Positions 1 to 12,934 of a stretch of 64,000 bases of DNA are shown piece by piece. Under the pieces are notes generated by a model. That model searched no databases, was not told the DNA's origin, and was given only the letters and a program-made list of their open reading frames with translations. Origin of the DNA: Octopus bimaculoides (Eukaryota); contig NC_068982.1 of assembly GCF_001194135.2 (NCBI RefSeq), forward strand, positions 177,143,671 to 177,207,670, written 5' to 3'. A program made the translations under genes and the position numbers. The number at the start of each line of letters is the position of its first letter. Positions within the stretch are counted from its first letter, which is position 1.

Positions 1-53
<53 letters not shown>

Positions 54-62
54 ATAATAATA
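1..62. repeat. (TAA)n microsatellite, 5' flank of the R4/Dong-like insertion
   Basis: Near-perfect AAT repeat, read directly. Confidence 0.95.
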
Positions 63-520
63 AAACGTATCTGTCAAGACCTACCAAAAACTGAGCAAAT
101 ATAAAGATCTTGAAATAGAAATTAGCAAAATGTGGAACCTGAAGACTAAAACAATATCTATTGTCATAGGTGCCCTGGGAATGACGGCGAAACGGGCTGA
201 TTACTACCTAGCTCAGATACCAGGAAACCCCAAAATGGCTGAATTTCAAAAGATAGTGCTCATGGGAACTGCCCATATCCTACGTAAAATACTGTCTATG
301 TGATCTCAAATTTTAAAACAAACACAATTTTCTTATGGTTTCTTAAACATTCTCTAGTACAAATCCAAATGTACAATTCCAAATATACGGTATGTACAAA
401 TCCAAATATATGGTACCTTAGGCATAACACCTACATGAACTTCTAACTTGTTGTCTCTTGAGGTCTCTGGGTGAGACTTGGATCCAACTTGTACAAATGC
501 AAAACAAAAGTCAAACATAC
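63..520 (+). mobile_element. 5'-truncated R4/Dong-like non-LTR retrotransposon (RLE C-terminus plus 3' UTR)
   Basis: Frame 64-303 reads NVSVKTYQKLSKYKDLEIEISKMWNLKTKTISIVIGALGMTAKRADYYLAQIPGNPKMAEFQKIVLMGTAHILRKILSM*. KYxDL...W...PIVIGALG...GTAHILRK is the typical end of the restriction-like endonuclease in R4/Dong elements. A 3' UTR follows, then (TAA)n. Confidence 0.85.

Positions 521-576
<56 letters not shown>
521..576. repeat. (TAA)n microsatellite, 3' flank of the R4/Dong-like copy
   Basis: Perfect AAT repeat directly after the 3' UTR. Confidence 0.95.
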
Positions 577-1199
577 GCAGAAGAAAAAGTAGAGGATGAA
601 GTAAAAAAGAAGTAGAATAATAAGAAAAAGGAGAATAGGAGGAAGGAAGAATAAGAGAAAGAACCAGTTATAACAACGGCGTCAGCAACAATAACAGTAA
701 AAAAACAATAAAATTAAGACTACTGAACACTGTTATAAACATCATCGAAATATGCCCAACGACCCTAAGAGAGAGAGAGAGAGAGATGTAAACATTTGCG
801 GTATCGTTATCAAAAACAGAATGAGCTAGAGTTATGTATACTTATCGACATTGCAAACCTTTTGAAAGTAATACAAACCATCAATTATATATTCAAATTG
901 TCTAAATTATAAGACATTATTTAAAACCAGCACGATGTTATTTTGGGGGCGATTTGATATTATTTCTAGTACTTCAGTCACATTAGTATTTATATGAGTA
1001 ATAAAATGTGAGAATCTGATTTATATTGCAAATTTGGTTTCCTTTTGACTGATTCAAATAATGTTTCTGTCTCTGTTCTCAAGCCGATTAAATGGATATC
1101 TTTATTATGCTTTTTAACATCATAATTATGAAACGTTTTTAGTTTCAAACAATTATATGTAAAAGTAAGCAATAAATAACGATCTATTATGACTTAGAT

Positions 1200-2110
1200 A
1201 TATATAGCAGGGTGGACCGCTTCTTTAACTAATTAGATCCCAATGGATATGATGAGCATTTAGACCACACAGCAATTTCAGATTTAGAACGAAAAGTTTA
1301 TTATAACGTTTCTTTATTTCTTGGGAATTTTACTAATTTCATTCTGCCAGTATTTATTGATGTTTCTAAATCAACAGTTTACTCTTGATTGTGCTGAACT
1401 ACAGCCAGAGTTTGATCATTCTACCTTTCACCTAGATATAAGGAACCTTCTACTACATTATCCGAAAGGTTCTTCATTTTTAAAACGATAGATTCTGATT
1501 CGAGCAAGATTTTGGCAGGTGCATTTAGTTCGAAGAAGGAACACCTAGAGATTCTTCCGTTGAATAGTTAACAAATATACGTTATATATAATCTTTGAAA
1601 GCTTATGTACGTAATCATAATAGGTTGCTGTTTCAAGATAGCAAATATGGAGAAAACTTTCCTCCTGGATTTGCTTTCTAAATTTAGTGAAATAAATTCC
1701 TACCGACAATTATGCGGAATATATTATTTCTGTAATACTCGTAAAAAGTGCATTCCACACTTTGTCAGTGAGATTAATGGGTAGATTCATGAAATCACTG
1801 ACGATAATACAGCATTTAAATCTATTCATGTGGTTCTTGATTCATCGGTTTTACATGTTTAGTGCAACTTTAAACATAGCAAATGAAGCTAAAGCAATTC
1901 TAAACATTGCTAGATATTGATTGATGTAAAAGTTGTAAAAGGTAGTGTTAAAGACATCAAGTTAGAGATACAATTGTAGATCGTGGTAACAAAATATTTG
2001 ATACCATCCTGATTTATAAAAATAATGACGTACAATTTAATCGAGATTCAAAGAATTTAAATGGGGAATGTGTTCTGATTAGCTTCTATGTACCTGTGTT
2101 TTAGAAAATG
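1200..2110 (+). pseudogene. Decayed coding-like segment of uncertain identity (weak PRMT-like motif order)
   Basis: Broken frames give LDPNGYDEHLDHTAISDLERKVYYNVSLFLGNF, FKSIHVVLD, MFSATLNIANEAKAIL, IDVKVVKGSVKDIKL and MGNVF*LASM, with many stops and frameshifts. Similarity judged by eye only. Confidence 0.2.
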
Positions 2111-2590
2111 CCAACCATTGTATTGTAACTTTAACATTCATATAAGCTGACTTATAGAATAAGTAAATTATAAAATTTTGATCTTTTGAATATGAAATAA
2201 ATTTTCTTATTGGTAAAACAAACAAATGAATAAATAATAAATAGTTACTTTATACTTTTAAATCACATGACAATAAATGGTGTATATAATAAATTTGCAA
2301 CAACATTTTTGTACGAAAATAACGCCAACATTTTTCGTTGTTCGAAATGCTAATGTTAGCTGATTTGAATTATTGCATTAGTACAGGAAGAGAAGTAAAC
2401 AAAATAGTGATATCTGAGTTCTAATCATTTTAATGTTAATTGTATTTTCTCTTCAATTGCTCTTCTCTTGGATGTTAATGAAATAAAACTAATATAAGCA
2501 TCAAGTTTCAACTCTTCTTTTCTCTTTTATCTCTCTCTCCTTCTTTCTCTTCGCATTATCTCTCCCGCCCTCTCATTTTATATATTTAGG

Positions 2591-2640
<50 letters not shown>

Positions 2641-2735
2641 TCATGGATATATTAAACTGGTTAAATTTCTACTGATGATGAAGCTCCCCAACAATCAGGC
2701 TGAATGTGAAACAGCTATCATCTGGTAAGATGACG

Positions 2736-2796
<61 letters not shown>

Positions 2797-2815
2797 CGTG
2801 TATGCTCGTGTGTGC

Positions 2816-2868
<53 letters not shown>

Positions 2869-5267
2869 TGTGCGTGCGTGCGTGTACTCAGAACTTTGCT
2901 TGGTTGAAATTCATTTATAACACGTAACAGTGAGCTGTTGGTGAAATGCAACTGAAATTCTCTTATAATTTATTGTCTTAGTAATTTCACAGAACGTGAA
3001 AATCACAAAATAAACAGCTATGGTGTTTCCATCTCTTTGTATTTACTGCCGTTAATTAACATTTGATGAATATCGCTATATAACAGTAATCAGTGACATC
3101 AAAATTGTTGTATTTGAAGTATAAAATAATATGGAATTTGTTATCAATTTCTCATATCATGAAACAAAAAATAAACTATATGCAGTCGCTCTTTGTTTTA
3201 GACACATTAACAATTCTCACATTTCAGCTATATTTATGTGACACGGAATGAGAATATTCGTTGTGGCTGCGACAAGAGTGCCTCTCTATTGCTATAGATT
3301 TTGTATTTACATTCACAGCATAGAAAATATGCTTTGAAATTATTAGCTATTGTGATCGGACATATGCATTTTATACTATAGAATCAATTGGATATGTCAT
3401 TTGGCATGAATGAAAATTAAATGCTTACTTATGAGAGCAGCAACGATGTCGAAATATTGTCACCCAAAGATTTTCTTACTTCTTCTACCATGTTCAATGT
3501 AGTTTCATTTTGGGCAATTCCAGGAAAAAATACACAATTTCAAAATATTTGCTTCTAGTAGAATAAAAAAAACACTATAATCATAAGACGCACTAAAATT
3601 TGATTTTATAGAAATGTCATTGGATATTAACAAAAAACTAAAATTATGTTCTATCGAGACGATATTATACAAGCGTTACACATTCGACGTCCACTTAGTG
3701 TAATGGGTGGCACAATCACTCCAAAAACGGTAGATCCGTTCTTCGATTGCAGTTGTAGGAGCTACTACTTTTCAACCAAACCAACGAAGGGTCTTCTACG
3801 TAGTCACTTGTTAATAATGTTATCTACGTATGCAATCACTGAAAAGAAAACAGTGGGACCTCCTTAATCATGGATTATTGTGTATAAGAACTGAACTGCG
3901 ACTACCCAATAGCCACTGGCTCTTTTTTCGACTCGCAGGTAAAATAAAATAAGCGATACGTTAGCTTAACAAGTCTAAGTATTAAGTATCTATTCTGATA
4001 TAATATTTCTGTACATTTCCAATATGGAAATAAGGTCAAGAATTATGTTTCTCGGGCGAGTCAATACGCCGATAATAATAAACACCCAGACTGGTTTCAT
4101 ATCACTTCTATCTTTTGTTTAATGTGTTGGATAAAAAATTAAACGGAAATCCATGTAGATAAACACATGTAATTCTGAAGAATACCAATACACGACAATA
4201 CACACCTACATACGGGCGCATGTGCACGCATTTAGGTATAGGCAGGTATGTGTAGGGTAGAAGTTGAATGACAACAGGATACGAGGAAATCCATACATGG
4301 AAATAAATACATGTAATTATTAACATTTCCAATACACAAACAGACATACGCGTGGGCGCACGTGCACGCACATGTATGCATAAACGCACACACAAGAACT
4401 CAATAATACAAAACCACACAGACATCCACGCAGGCACACACACACATACACACAAGTACACACGCACAGACAGACATGCGAATAGCGACGAAAGAACTTT
4501 GACAAGTAAACATCCGATTTATTGTTTAACCAACACATTAAAAAAACTTAGTCAGTTAGATATTTAACCGATTGACAAACAATAAAGAAGTGACATTGAA
4601 CCAGTGCCTGCGTTATTGGGGCAATGACCCTTCCAAGAGAACAAGATCAACAGAGGAATTCACATCAAGAATCTTGCAAACCAAATACAAAAACGACTTT
4701 AAAATTATTTTTTCAATGAATGGAATGGAAAACAACAACGATTAAGCATCACTAATTGTTCCGTTAAACTCATGCGATAAATGTTTCCTTTGGTCGAGCA
4801 TTCCTACCCCCAGGACCTTACCTTAAAAATAATGTGTTAGTAAATAAATTTTAGCATATCTAGTGTTTTGGCGCATACTATATTTTCTTAACGAAAGCAT
4901 CAATAAAGCAACGAGATTTGAATTAAAAAATAGCAACAGAGTTTAAGTAATGCACTTTTACAACAAGCATCACATACATATTGCTGATGTACTATTTATA
5001 TACAGTGTTCAATAATACTTGTCTTAATTGCATTAATGCTAGACAATTGAATATCAGTTATCCGCTTACACAATTACTTCTAATGGGGAAAATATGAGAC
5101 ACGGAGTAGACGTGATAAGAAATAATATTATATCATTTCCTGAAGTAATGTGAATATCAAAGAGTTTATAATCGATAAAAAAAAACAATAAATACAAAGA
5201 CATTTACAATGAATTTAGAATCTATAACCAGATAAACACAATGATGTAAAAACAAATTTATAAGTAT

Positions 5268-5302
<35 letters not shown>

Positions 5303-5543
5303 NNNNNNNNNNNNNNNNNNNNNNNNNNNNNNNNNNNNNNNNNNNNNNNNNNNNNNNNNNNNNNNNNNNNNNNNNNNNNNNNNNNNNNNNNNNNNNNNNN
5401 NNNNNNNNNNNNGATGCGAGTATCTGTGTGCGTGTGTATGTATGTATGTATTTATGTATGTGTGTATGTATGAAAGTATGTATATATGTATATATGTATG
5501 TATGTGTGTGTGTGTGTATATGTATATGTGTGTGTATGTATGC

Positions 5544-6192
5544 ATATATATTATACATATGCTGTGATAAGTGACGTAGAACTTTTAGTGAAAGCCAATT
5601 AACATATGATAAAAGCATGTTATCTCTATAATAAAAGGAAAAATTCAAATTATAAAGAAGAAAATTCACAAGTAGATCTTCCGCAAAAATATCATTCGGT
5701 GCACCAGAATAGGTTTCGTTTTAGACACGGCGTCAGTACAATTCTAGCGCAATTATGCTTGAATTTCGAAGACAATATATAAGAAGAATACTTTTCAGGT
5801 GAAAACCGGGATTTAGGCAATTCATGTAACAGCAATCACCGTTACCTTTAGATCATTACGTTTGCAACGAGTACAGCAATTAGGCGATATATTTAACGTT
5901 AATTACTGCTGTTACATGAATTACCTAAATCCCGGTTTTCAAGTGAAATGTATCCGTCTTATATATTGTTTACGAAGTTCAAGCATAATTGCGTTACAAA
6001 TGTATTGACGCCGTGTTTAAAACGAAATCTATTCTGGTGCACCGAATGATGTTCTTGTGGAAGATCTACATGTAAATTTTCTTCCTTATAATTTGAATTA
6101 TTCCTTTTATTATAGAGATACCATGCTTTTATGTTAATTGGCTTTCACTAAAAGTTCTACGTCGCTTATTACAGTATATGTATAATATATAT
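5544..6192. mobile_element. Fold-back (long inverted repeat) element, arms about 290 bp, loop about 65 bp
   Basis: 5544-5836 is the reverse complement of 5902-6192 with scattered mismatches (e.g. gacgtagaacttttagtgaaagccaattaacat vs atgttaattggctttcactaaaagttctacgtc). Both ends run into TA-rich microsatellite. Confidence 0.85.
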
Positions 6193-6371
6193 ATATACAT
6201 ACACACGCATATACATATATATATACACACACACACACGTATATATTGTCAAATACTTATTTATATATGTATGTATATATATATATGTATGCATAAATAT
6301 ATATGTATACATATGTGTATATATATGTATGTATATATGTATATGTATATATGTATATATATATGTTTATA

Positions 6372-6414
<43 letters not shown>

Positions 6415-6604
6415 NNNNNNNNNNTTTATTATAGAGATACCATGCTTTTATGTTAATTGGCTTTCACTAAAAGTTCTACGTCGCTTATTACAGTATATGT
6501 ATAATATATATATATACATACACACGCATATACATATATATATACACACACACACACGTATATATTGTCAAATACTTATTTATATATGTATGTATATGTA
6601 TATA

Positions 6605-6975
6605 CAGGGTTCGGACAAAATAACGGAAACACCTATCATAATTTTGAAATAACTATGAAACCGTCAAAAGTTTGTTTATTTTGGTTTTTTATTTATTATT
6701 AGTGTTTCTTAATATGTTTAGCTAAAATTGGTGTTCCTTTTCAGGTATCATCAGACAAATGTAATTAAAATTCATTAAAGTGACAGATTTATCAGACATT
6801 CAAAGGGGTCAATTTGTTGTTGCTCATATGGCAGGCGCTAGCGTAACGAAAACAGCCGAAATATTTAATGTTTCAAAAAGTACTCTCTCGAAAGTAATGA
6901 CAGCCTTTGAGAAAGAGGGCAAAAGTCTCCTCGTCGAAACAAAACTCCGGAAGAAAACCAAGACTTTCAGATAGA
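6605..6975 (+). mobile_element. Tc1-family DNA transposon, 5' end with transposase N-terminal HTH (truncated)
   Basis: TA|CAGGGTTCGGACAAAATAACGGAAACACC TIR-like start at 6605. ORF 6780-6974 (TDLSDIQRGQFVVAHMAGASVTKTAEIFNVSKSTLSKVMTAFEKEGK) resembles the Tc1 paired-like DNA-binding domain. Confidence 0.8.
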
Positions 6976-6999
6976 CATTTTCCTCAGATTAGATTCGGC

Positions 7000-7990
7000 A
7001 CTGTAGTTAGTTGTCTGAAATAATTTTCGTATTATGCTGGCTAATAAAAGAGGCGACGTCTTGCAACAATAATAGCTAATCTTCAGTGTTCTCCTATTAA
7101 ATATTCTATAGAACTTATGGCTAGATTGAAAACGCATAGAAACTAATTTTAAGAAGTCCCTACCTATATTAGTTTTTACAGCAATATTAAATGCGGGGTT
7201 AAATCACAAAACTTTCCTTATTCTAGTTCTAAGTGGCCTATTATTGCTAGAATTAACTTGATTATACTGGATATTCTCCGAGAATCCACCTTTTCTTAAT
7301 GCATTGTTGTAATACGGCGCATCCGAAGAAACTGATGATATTCGTCTTCCTACATTCTTTACGGGTGGATGATTAGATTTTTTGTTAATATAATAGCTTT
7401 TCATTGGGCTTACGGTAGGGTTGAAATTTATCTAATTGTAAATCTAAGTTGATATCTAAAAAATCTACGCTTCTCAGATTAATTTCTATCGTAATCCGTA
7501 AGCCCATATCTATCCTTAAAGTCATTTAATTTTTTTAAATCAAATTATAATGCCTTCGACACTCTTGACATAAATTCATATCTCAGCCACAATGTTCCTT
7601 CATGACACTGTTGTCTATGCTGTTTTGTCATCTCATATAAATAATCCTGTCCTCACCTTTCTTACATATTTAGTGCCGAACGTTTTAACAGCCTGATAGC
7701 CGTTTTCTACAACACAAAGTCCTTAAAATTTTGAGTAAACCATATTGTATCTTCACTAGCTCTGGTTAATAATGCTGCTATTACAACGTACCTGTATTAT
7801 AAGTCATCAAATCCTTTCTTATTTATTTGCAAATTCTTTATTGTTAATATGATTACAGTATGTCTCTATCCTTAAATTTTTCGTATTTCCAATTTCTATA
7901 CAGCCTTCTCGTCTAGAGATATCATTTGCAGTTCTAACAATCAGTTGCCCTAAAACCATTATTAAATCCATATGACGTTCTATTATAGTC
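7000..7990 (-). mobile_element. Penelope-like element, RT/thumb region (decayed; lineage X)
   Basis: Minus strand reads VDFLDINLDLQLDKFQPYRKPNEKLLYINKKSNHPP, then across frameshifts RRISSVSSDAPYYNNALRKGGFSENIQY and RKVLWFNPAFNIAVKTNIGRDFLKLV...HKFYRIFNRRTLKISYYC, all characteristic PLE motifs. Confidence 0.85.
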
Positions 7991-8073
7991 TCTTGGCAGT
8001 TTTGTTCATTTCTATCCTAGTTACAGTTTCCTCGATGTTGTAAACTGAACGTGCTGCTAGCTATATTATGTAA

Positions 8074-8565
8074 CCAGTATACCCGTGCTGTCAAAATGAC
8101 GGACGTCATGTTTAAAAGAAATATATTCTGAAACAATCATTTAGTAAATGAATCGACATAACATGAATTCTCATCTAAATTCGTCTATCGACGTAATGTA
8201 TTCTGTTGATAATAAATGTGACAATCATACCATACAAAGACAATATGTATCTCGCTATAATAGTTCCAATATATATATAAATATGTAACAATGAAACATA
8301 TGTACATGAAAATATATAAATGTCATTCAGTATATGTTTACTGCGTACATTTCTAATAGTTTATATTCATGAACTTCTGCGTGCAATATATTGCAATTTC
8401 CATGTACAAAAATATATTTGCAACACAGATATAATATACATCTCATACATAAATACGGTTGAGTACATTATACATTATCTTTTCAGTGCTTCATTGAACA
8501 TAGTTGGAATGTCATATCATTCGTATTTTTAAATATACATCCAATTTCATCTTTAATTACTTAGA
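8074..8565 (-). mobile_element. Probable non-autonomous Helitron
   Basis: Minus strand: 5' A|TCTAAGTAATTAAAG at 8565. The 3' end has a GC-rich hairpin (CCGT...ACGG) followed by GTATA-CTGG|T (CTRR) at 8074. Termini only, no coding support. Confidence 0.4.
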
Positions 8566-8764
8566 TCTATCACTATGTGTTTTATTGTAACAAATATACG
8601 ACAAATATATAACGGCATTTATTTTAGAGGAGAAAGATAATATAGCTCGTGGTGCATTTGATCCGAAAACAAGTTGTACTCGAAGCTAATTTCGTTATTT
8701 GTAGCATTAAACTACCGAATTAGAAATGGTAGTACCAAAGATGTATGTATATATACATGGAATA

Positions 8765-9200
8765 TGCAAGCAGACCTAGGTTACAAACTATGACATCAGA
8801 AAAAATCCTAATCGAGGTTACAGAAAAGAAAACTTCCATGAAGCCTTTGAATAAAATTGTGCCAAGTTCCAGACCCTTTTTCAGGATTGCAGGGAGAAGT
8901 AATGGAGGTCAGATCTATTTCCAGTCAACATTGGCTGTATGGGATTTTCTGATCAGTCGGTATAGAGAATCCTTACAGGCAAAAGAGTACAAGGAGATGG
9001 GGAAAGATAGCAGAACGAGCTTCTTGCTGGTCACAAAACAAGACAGAGGAGTTAAGTAGGCAACGAGGAGATTATAAGCAATGGTCGGCCATATCTGCTC
9101 ACCCATCAACGGGAGATTGTTACAATTTAGGGTTGAAATACCTGCTCATTCTTGGTTACCGTCTGAGGACATCAATCCTTATGTAAATGATGCCTTCAAA
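8765..9200 (+). mobile_element. HERO/NeSL-type RLE non-LTR retrotransposon, decayed endonuclease C-terminus
   Basis: Across frames: SRPRLQTMTSEKILIEVT / ENFHEAFE*NCAKFQTLFQDCREK*WRSDLFPVNIGCMGFSDQS / AERASCW. This matches the RPD...IELTVPWEE...AKYxxL...PVEVGCRGF...AERAS.WLW pattern. Confidence 0.7.
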
Positions 9201-9265
9201 GGTGAATATACAAATACTATACACACATACATACACACACACACACACACACTCACATATATACA

Positions 9266-9325
<60 letters not shown>

Positions 9326-9605
9326 CAGTTTATTCTTCCGTTATAGGTAGGAACAACAAAACATAATTCCATCCAGTAAGAGATAAATAACATTTAATAT
9401 ACACCGTATTTAAGTAAGAGCTACTAATAGTTTCAGGCCATGTAAACACAATAATTCAGCAGATTTGTTCAACGGGCCTTATATCACGTTGTGTGGAGAC
9501 ACAAGGAGCATTGTATAATTCTGATGATTTATTGCTTTTCTTTGGCATGAAACACTTAGTAGGTCTTACCTCAATAAAGTGTATATCAAATTGTATGTAT
9601 ATATA

Positions 9606-9720
9606 CAGGGTGCGGACGCTATTTGTGGACACACATTTTTAGTCATTATTGTATTTGACTAATTTTTATTGAACTTCTATTTCAGAAAATAGCAATAACA
9701 CATAATAAGGGTTATGAAGT
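9606..9720 (+). mobile_element. Possible Tc1/mariner TIR remnant
   Basis: TA|CAGGGTGCGGAC start resembles the 6605 TIR. No partner TIR or transposase found. Confidence 0.3.
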
Positions 9721-10246
9721 AAATTATTCGATACACATAAATATGTTTAGCCGGATTCTAAAATAGTTATGTCATGTATCATTTTGTGGCTATCAGACTT
9801 TCAGATTATAATATACATTGTCACTATTTTACTCTAAAATATTCATTTACATCGAGTAAGCACTAGGTTCATTGATTTTAAGCAATTAGATGTGTTGAAT
9901 AGAATTATGCGTGTCTTTCCTTTCAACATTAATGGTATAATGAAATGAAATACGTACCGGATTTGAAACATTGTAACGGACATAGTTGCCAGGAAAAGAA
10001 AATTACTGAATTTAGCAGAAGTAAATTAAGTAGGTTGAAAATGGAACTGAAATACGGATGCAATCGCAATATACGAAAATAATTTCTTACTCTAATGCAC
10101 AATACAATAATTCCTGTAAAATACAAATAATTTTAAATACTAACAGCGTAATATTTCGTTGTTATTATTTGGACTTAAATCAGTCTTGATCAAATAGTCA
10201 TAATTTCATATACGACTAATCCGTTCTTGCTTTCAGACATGATATA

Positions 10247-10444
10247 CATCGGTTTCAAATTTCAATTTCGGGGGAAGGTTAAGTCGTTTACATTAACCCC
10301 AGCGTCCAAATGATACTTAATTTATCGACCCCGAAAGGATGAAAGGCAAAGTCAATCTCGGCGGAACCTGAACTCAGAACGTAAAGACAGCCGACATGCT
10401 GCTAAGCTTTTTGCCTGGCACTGTAACGATTCAGCCCTTCACCG
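10247..10444 (-). mobile_element. tRNA-derived SINE, family B (decayed)
   Basis: Contains gacatgctgctaagc...gaactcagaacg and ttatcgaccccgaaaggatgaaaggcaaagtc, shared with the 32430 and 52258 copies. Degenerate TSD cttt(c)agacat(g/a)atata on both sides. Confidence 0.85.
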
Positions 10445-10689
10445 CTTTAGACATAATATATACGAATCCAATTTTCCTTTTACTTTATACAACATATGTT
10501 ACAGAGACACATACATAGAAACACATATGAAGGTTTTCCTTTGAGTTTTTAAAAGATTTTCTTAACAGTTCAAGCCGGTTGCTAACAAAGCAACAAAAGA
10601 GAATTCCCAGTGTTTGTAAATATGTGGTTGAGTTAGTGTATAGGCTGCTTTGATATGCTGGTTGAGCTGTCGATGCACACAAGCAAGTG

Positions 10690-11380
10690 TGTGCGCCTAT
10701 TCATCTGAAGAATCTCAGATGGAGAATATTTGGATCGTGTTAAAATCTTCACTATGCTGCTAATAAGTCGAATTTGGAAAACCAACATCAGTCTTTTGCT
10801 CTTTCTTCAAAAAGCCTAGTATTTGTAGGTTTTTGTGTAAATTGTAGGTGCATAACCTAATGCACCTATGATGATAGGTACAAATGTCAGTTTAAATTCA
10901 GGGTACAAGAGTTGTAAGTTCCATATTAATTCACCATAATTGTTTTCTTTTTCTTGGACTTTTGATGGTACTTTCACATAAGCTACGCATACGCAACAGT
11001 GCATGATATTGCGCTTTCTCTCTCAAAACAATATCGTATCCGTTATGTTTGCAGCGAATTGCTGTTTTTATTGGAGAGCTCCACTAGTATTCCTTGTTTA
11101 TTAAAAGTGTGAATACATGCTAATTCTGACATGGCTTTGACGTATAGGTCAGAGCAGTCCTTCCCGCGGATAGCGTTGTAAATTATCTTTGCTATAACAT
11201 GCTCCAGTTGCTGATGATGTGGGTGATATCTTCCACACTGGTAGAGCAGAACCGACATTTTTATCACAGCGCGGTGGTTTGGTGGTATCTTTGTATCACT
11301 TTTGTTTATCTATGTCTGTACATTTTACCAGTCCCATATATTATAATAAATTTGAATGATGTTTCTCTGTCCGTTACGTT
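10690..11380 (-). mobile_element. R4-like RLE non-LTR retrotransposon fragment (CCHC knuckle plus endonuclease; family Y)
   Basis: Minus strand reads CRFCSTSVEDITHIISNW (zinc-knuckle region) and KVQEKENNYGELIWNLQLLYPEFKLTFVPIIIGALGY (RLE end). Confidence 0.8.
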
Positions 11381-11399
11381 CTTATGTTCGTTAACTCTT

Positions 11400-11990
11400 C
11401 TTAGACCGTTGGTGCAAGGACAACAAAACTCAAACCAGCAACTCCCGTAACCCCAAAGAATGTCCTAAGGGGGTCTATTCTTTTAAGGGCTACCTAATTG
11501 GATCCCCACCAACCTATTTTTACTGCATTTTAAACTAAATACATGGTACTGGCGACCAAATCAGAGCACAAACCATGAATTTCATACGATGAACACCCAG
11601 AGAATATCGTAAGGAATTTCAATTCCCCAAGAGCCGCTTAAATTGGGGCCCCACTGACCCCCACCACTCACTATTTTTGCTGCATTTACCTCTAGCCTAC
11701 GCTTATTGATTAAACTATGATCAGCATCGGTGCTTAGCACATTTGCAGAAACAAGTTAATAGGACCTGGGTTTAGGTATGGGCGCAAGTGAAGAGTAGGT
11801 ATTGACTGTATGGGTATGGGTGTGTGGATATACTCGGGTAGGGAGTTTGGAATGGGGTATCCGATAATAAATACCAGGAGATACATATACAATGAATGTG
11901 TCCGGGTCCATTACATTACACAAGAGGAGGGGGCCGATAGTGAGGCCCAAGGAAGTAGACTGAATGCCACCCGAACGGCGGTTAAGAATA
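11400..11990. repeat. Unclassified GC-richer interspersed repeat (DNA-transposon-like)
   Basis: Compositionally distinct block with no credible ORF, ending GGCGGTTAA. Class not determined. Confidence 0.3.
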
Positions 11991-12259
11991 TATATAAATG
12001 ATATATATATATATATATANNNNNNNNNNNNNNNNNNNNNNNNNNNNNNNNNNNNNNNNNNNNNNNNNNNNNNNNNNNNNNNNNNNNNNNNNNNNNNNNN
12101 NNNNNNNNNNNNNNNNNNNNNNNNNNNNNNNNNNNNNNNNNNNNNNNNNNNNNNNNNNNNNNNNNNNNNNNNNNNNNNNNNNNNNNNNNNTATATATATA
12201 TATATCCATATATACACGCACATATGTACATACATGCATAAATATGTATGTATATAGGC

Positions 12260-12870
12260 ATGCATTTACGGGTACAGGACGTCACAAAACGTAAACAACA
12301 TGAAACGCGAAAATAGCGTTGGGTACGCGAAGACCGAAAGAAACAAATGGAAACAAGACAAGTAACATAAAAAACGACCCTTCATCAGTGATCGGCTGTC
12401 CTTCTACTCCTTATTTCGAGCAATGAATGACAAGATAAGACTTTGAAGGCAGTCGCTCCCGCCAAACAAAATAAAATTAAGGATTTGCAGAGGGTCAAAG
12501 TTGGTAACAAAAACAGGAATACAACAAACCAAACCAAACGATTACAAACAGGGAGGACCGTTAGACTCAGACGAGGTAAGGTAACAAACGCTGGAAGAAG
12601 ATACTTTGATAAGAGAAAAGATAAGGGAGGAGACAGATAGGAATGCGTCTGGACTGCACAAGAGACTGAAAGAAAAGAAAGATGATCGCATGAGGAAAGG
12701 AAAGATGGACGATGGTCACGTGTGAGCAACAAGAGAAAGAGCGTAAAGGAGGAAGTGGGAGAGAGAGACAGATAGACAACGGTGAATGGGAGAAAAAGTA
12801 TTACAGAAAGGATGAGAGAGAAAACGAAAGGGAGAGAGAGAGAGAGAGGAGGAAACAATAAAGGAAAGAG
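12260..12870. repeat. Purine-rich interspersed repeat, possibly a PLE-associated UTR/pLTR
   Basis: Strong strand-biased GA-rich composition similar to 18300-18690 and 44290-44640. No coding motif. Confidence 0.3.
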
Positions 12871-12934
12871 TCGCATATATATACGTATGTATGTATATAT
12901 GTGTGCGTCTGTATATATATGTATTTATTCTTTT

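Noticed and set aside
2672-2722. CTGATGA...GAAACAGCTATC hammerhead-like words
   Set aside because: No convincing stem I or stem II pairing can be drawn.
6106-6597. Identical ~170-bp duplication (6106-6278 and 6425-6597) on either side of a 10-N gap
   Set aside because: Perfect identity across a minimal gap points to an uncollapsed contig overlap rather than a real tandem duplication. Long reads would settle it.
11391-11987. piggyBac interpretation of the TTAA-bounded block
   Set aside because: The two ends are not inverted repeats of each other beyond TTAAC.
12380-12420. Minus-strand CTGATGAAGGG
   Set aside because: No GAAA or stem III at a usable distance downstream.
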